DNA of 64,000 bases from Octopus sinensis (lineage: Eukaryota): NCBI RefSeq assembly GCF_006345805.1, contig NC_042998.1:39494001-39558000 (forward strand), read 5' to 3'. Positions 61,750 through 64,000 of this stretch are shown piece by piece; the first letter of the stretch is position 1, and each line of letters begins with the position of its first letter. A model generated the notes under the pieces. It saw nothing but the letters and a program-made list of their open reading frames with translations. It had not been told where the DNA came from and searched no databases. Made by a program: the position numbers and the translations under genes.

Positions 61750-61969
61750 CCCTTTCGCTACTAACCCGGCTGAAACCGGCTCTGACTCTGAGTATAAATG
61801 TCTTGTTTTCATACATTCTGAATTAAAATCTTCCACCAAAACTTAGTCACAATTTATGTTCCTAACATTAGCTTAATGATAACTAAGTTATTATACTAAA
61901 TTCTTTGTTATATTTAAAGTGATTGAAAGAAACACAAAGCATCTCAAAATAAATACAGTAACGAAAGGG
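61750..61969. mobile_element. piggyBac-type MITE, 220 bp, same family as 45854-46073
   Basis: TTAA|CCCTTTCG...CGAAAGGG|TTAA. Confidence 0.9.
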
Positions 61970-62614
61970 TTAAGTACCCAGCTATTATGATACATAATGA
62001 GGCCTGCCAAAACAGAAACATCAAATTCAACCTAATTAGATACAATCTTGACTTCAGCCAGCAAATGGTGTGAAACCGAGGTCAACTACACAAGTTTACA
62101 AACAGATCAGATTTCAGATTCAAAACAACCTCACCTCATCTTCCCCTGAACCCTAACTGTAACAACTAACCGTATTCAGTTCAATTTGAAACTAGCAAAT
62201 CAGCAGATCCTGAATGAAGCTGCACAGAAAATTATGCCTGGTTGCATGTGTAACTGCTCATACTCTGTGCAGTGGAAAGAAACATGTGTAGGTTGTAATA
62301 ATCATAAAAATGTGTTGAATGACATACTGTAAAATGAAAGGAAATAAATTTTGAGGAGGAACAAGTTTCCATATTCTGAGTCATTATAATTGTTGTTAAT
62401 ATACACTCCAGTTAATACTTCCATCCAGAGAAGCAAACACGGAATTACCCATTTGCAGCATGAATGACAACTCATAGCAGTCGTAGATCTTAAATACTAA
62501 TTGATGCAGTAAGCCATAACCAGGAACATAACTGAAAGCCACCATGATATCTAACTGAATGATATATCCCTCCAAACACACATCAAAAATAAATATACAT
62601 AAATACATCAATAA

Positions 62615-62682
62615 TATACATACATACATACATACATACATACATACATACATACATACATACTACATACATACTTACATAC

Positions 62683-62735
<53 letters not shown>

Positions 62736-62760
62736 TATGTGTGTATGTATGTATATTATT
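62615..62760. repeat. Compound (TACA)n/(TA)n microsatellite, one of many TA/CA/GA tracts in the window
   Basis: Direct reading; explains several low-complexity ORFs in the track. Confidence 0.95.
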
Positions 62761-63001
62761 AATATAAACAGCTTGGTGCAAAGTAATAAAAGAAAAATGT
62801 CATTGTCATTAAGTGTGACTTAGGCTGCCAAAACACCTCCATTGTTAGAAATAAGAGTTTAATAAACTCTTAGCATTAAGAGTTTTTAAATTCTTATTTC
62901 TCGGAATGTAGATGCTTTTTCACCCTTGGTCACATTTATTTTTAGAATATTCATTAGCATTTCACTAAATCAGCCATAAATTTTTAAGGTAAAAATTTAT
63001 A

Positions 63002-64000
63002 TGAGGGAGTACACAAAAGAAACTGGAATTTTACAATATTATTTTATTCACTTAGTTTTACCTGTTTACACTTTTATCACCTTCAAAGTATTCTCCATTT
63101 GAAGCAATGCATCAGTCCAGATGTGTTTTCCACTGTTGGAAGTTCCAGTCCTGGAACTCTTGCAAAGTGATGCCCTTTGATGCCGCCATCATATTTTTCT
63201 TCACCTCTTCCACATCAGCAAAACATTTTCCTTTAAGGACTTTTTTCATTCAGCAGAACAAAAAAAGAGCTGCAAGGAGGGTGAATAGGGAGGGTGGGTA
63301 AGCAGGGGTTCATGCCATATTTGGTCAAAAACTGTCTCACACTCAAAGTGGTATGTGCAGGCACATTGTCAGGATGAAACCACCACTTTCCACTTGACCG
63401 CAGGTCAGGGTGCTTTCATCTCACCGCGTCTTGCAAATGCTTCAGAACTCTCAAGTAAAATGTCTAGTTAAAAGTTTGACCAGAAGTAAGAAATTCTGTG
63501 TGGACATTTCCTTCACATTGGACTTCACTTGGTGCGCTTTTTGGGGGGTATAGTGATATTGAATGCTTCCATTGATTTGATTGCTGTTTCATTTCTGGGT
63601 CATAGCCATAGCACCAGCTTTTGTCACTAGTGATGACCTTTGAAAAAAGGTCCGGTTCAACTTCCAACTGTTCTTTCAGTTCACGACACACATTCAGTCA
63701 TGACTGCTTTTGATCTGTGAGCAAGTGAGGCACAACATTTTGCTGCAACTCTTTTCATTTGCAATGCCTCACTCAAAATTCATTGGCAGGAGTTCCAGGA
63801 CACACCAGTCATTTCAACAAATTCATCAACTGTTCGGTGACAGTCCTCCAAGATCAGTTCATGAATTTTCATTATTTTCTTCATTTGTTTGGGAGGTTAA
63901 TGGACGCCCTAAATGAGGTGGTCTTCAAGTGATAAGTAACCATTCCTAAAGTGTGGAAACCACTTGTAAACTTGTTTTGTTCATGGCAATATCTTTGTAA
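63002..64000 (-). mobile_element. Degenerate mariner transposon running off the right edge
   Basis: 'LFSKVITSDKSWCYGYDPE.KQQS.QWK' and downstream GEYFEGD remnant; TIR tgagggagtacacaaaagaaac after TA. Confidence 0.9.

Overview
AT-rich, repeat-dense animal genomic DNA, most likely a coleoid cephalopod (Octopus-like RTE LINE/SINE families; inference). Two host genes lie in tandem on the minus strand and neither is recoverable from the ORF track alone. (1) A complete 5-exon PMF1/Nnf1 gene (MIS12 kinetochore complex), 198 aa, CDS spread over 57825-27789; all splice phases close and the exon layout matches the human gene as I recall it. (2) The first three coding exons of EIF2AK3/PERK (17583-1910), continuing off the left edge. 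The rest is mostly transposon: about 25 copies or 3' tails of one RTE LINE family whose reverse transcriptase carries an inserted C4HC3 PHD-type finger (one near full-length, near-intact copy), HERO-like and R4/Dong-like elements, CR1-like and second RTE fragments, three mariner remnants, piggyBac- and mariner-type MITEs, a GGATCTTTT-terminated MITE family with 8-bp TSDs (165, 414 and an 802-bp foldback form), tRNA-SINEs, a 5S rRNA pseudogene and two Penelope-like elements (PLEs). The most striking unannotated signal is a set of type I hammerhead ribozyme motifs (10889, 19262, 23256, 25641, plus degenerate ones). Two of them have an unusually long, structurally conserved stem II and bracket a PLE ORF in antisense, and every motif with a complete core is antisense to the host genes. 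TE boundaries are read by eye and are approximate unless a TSD is quoted.
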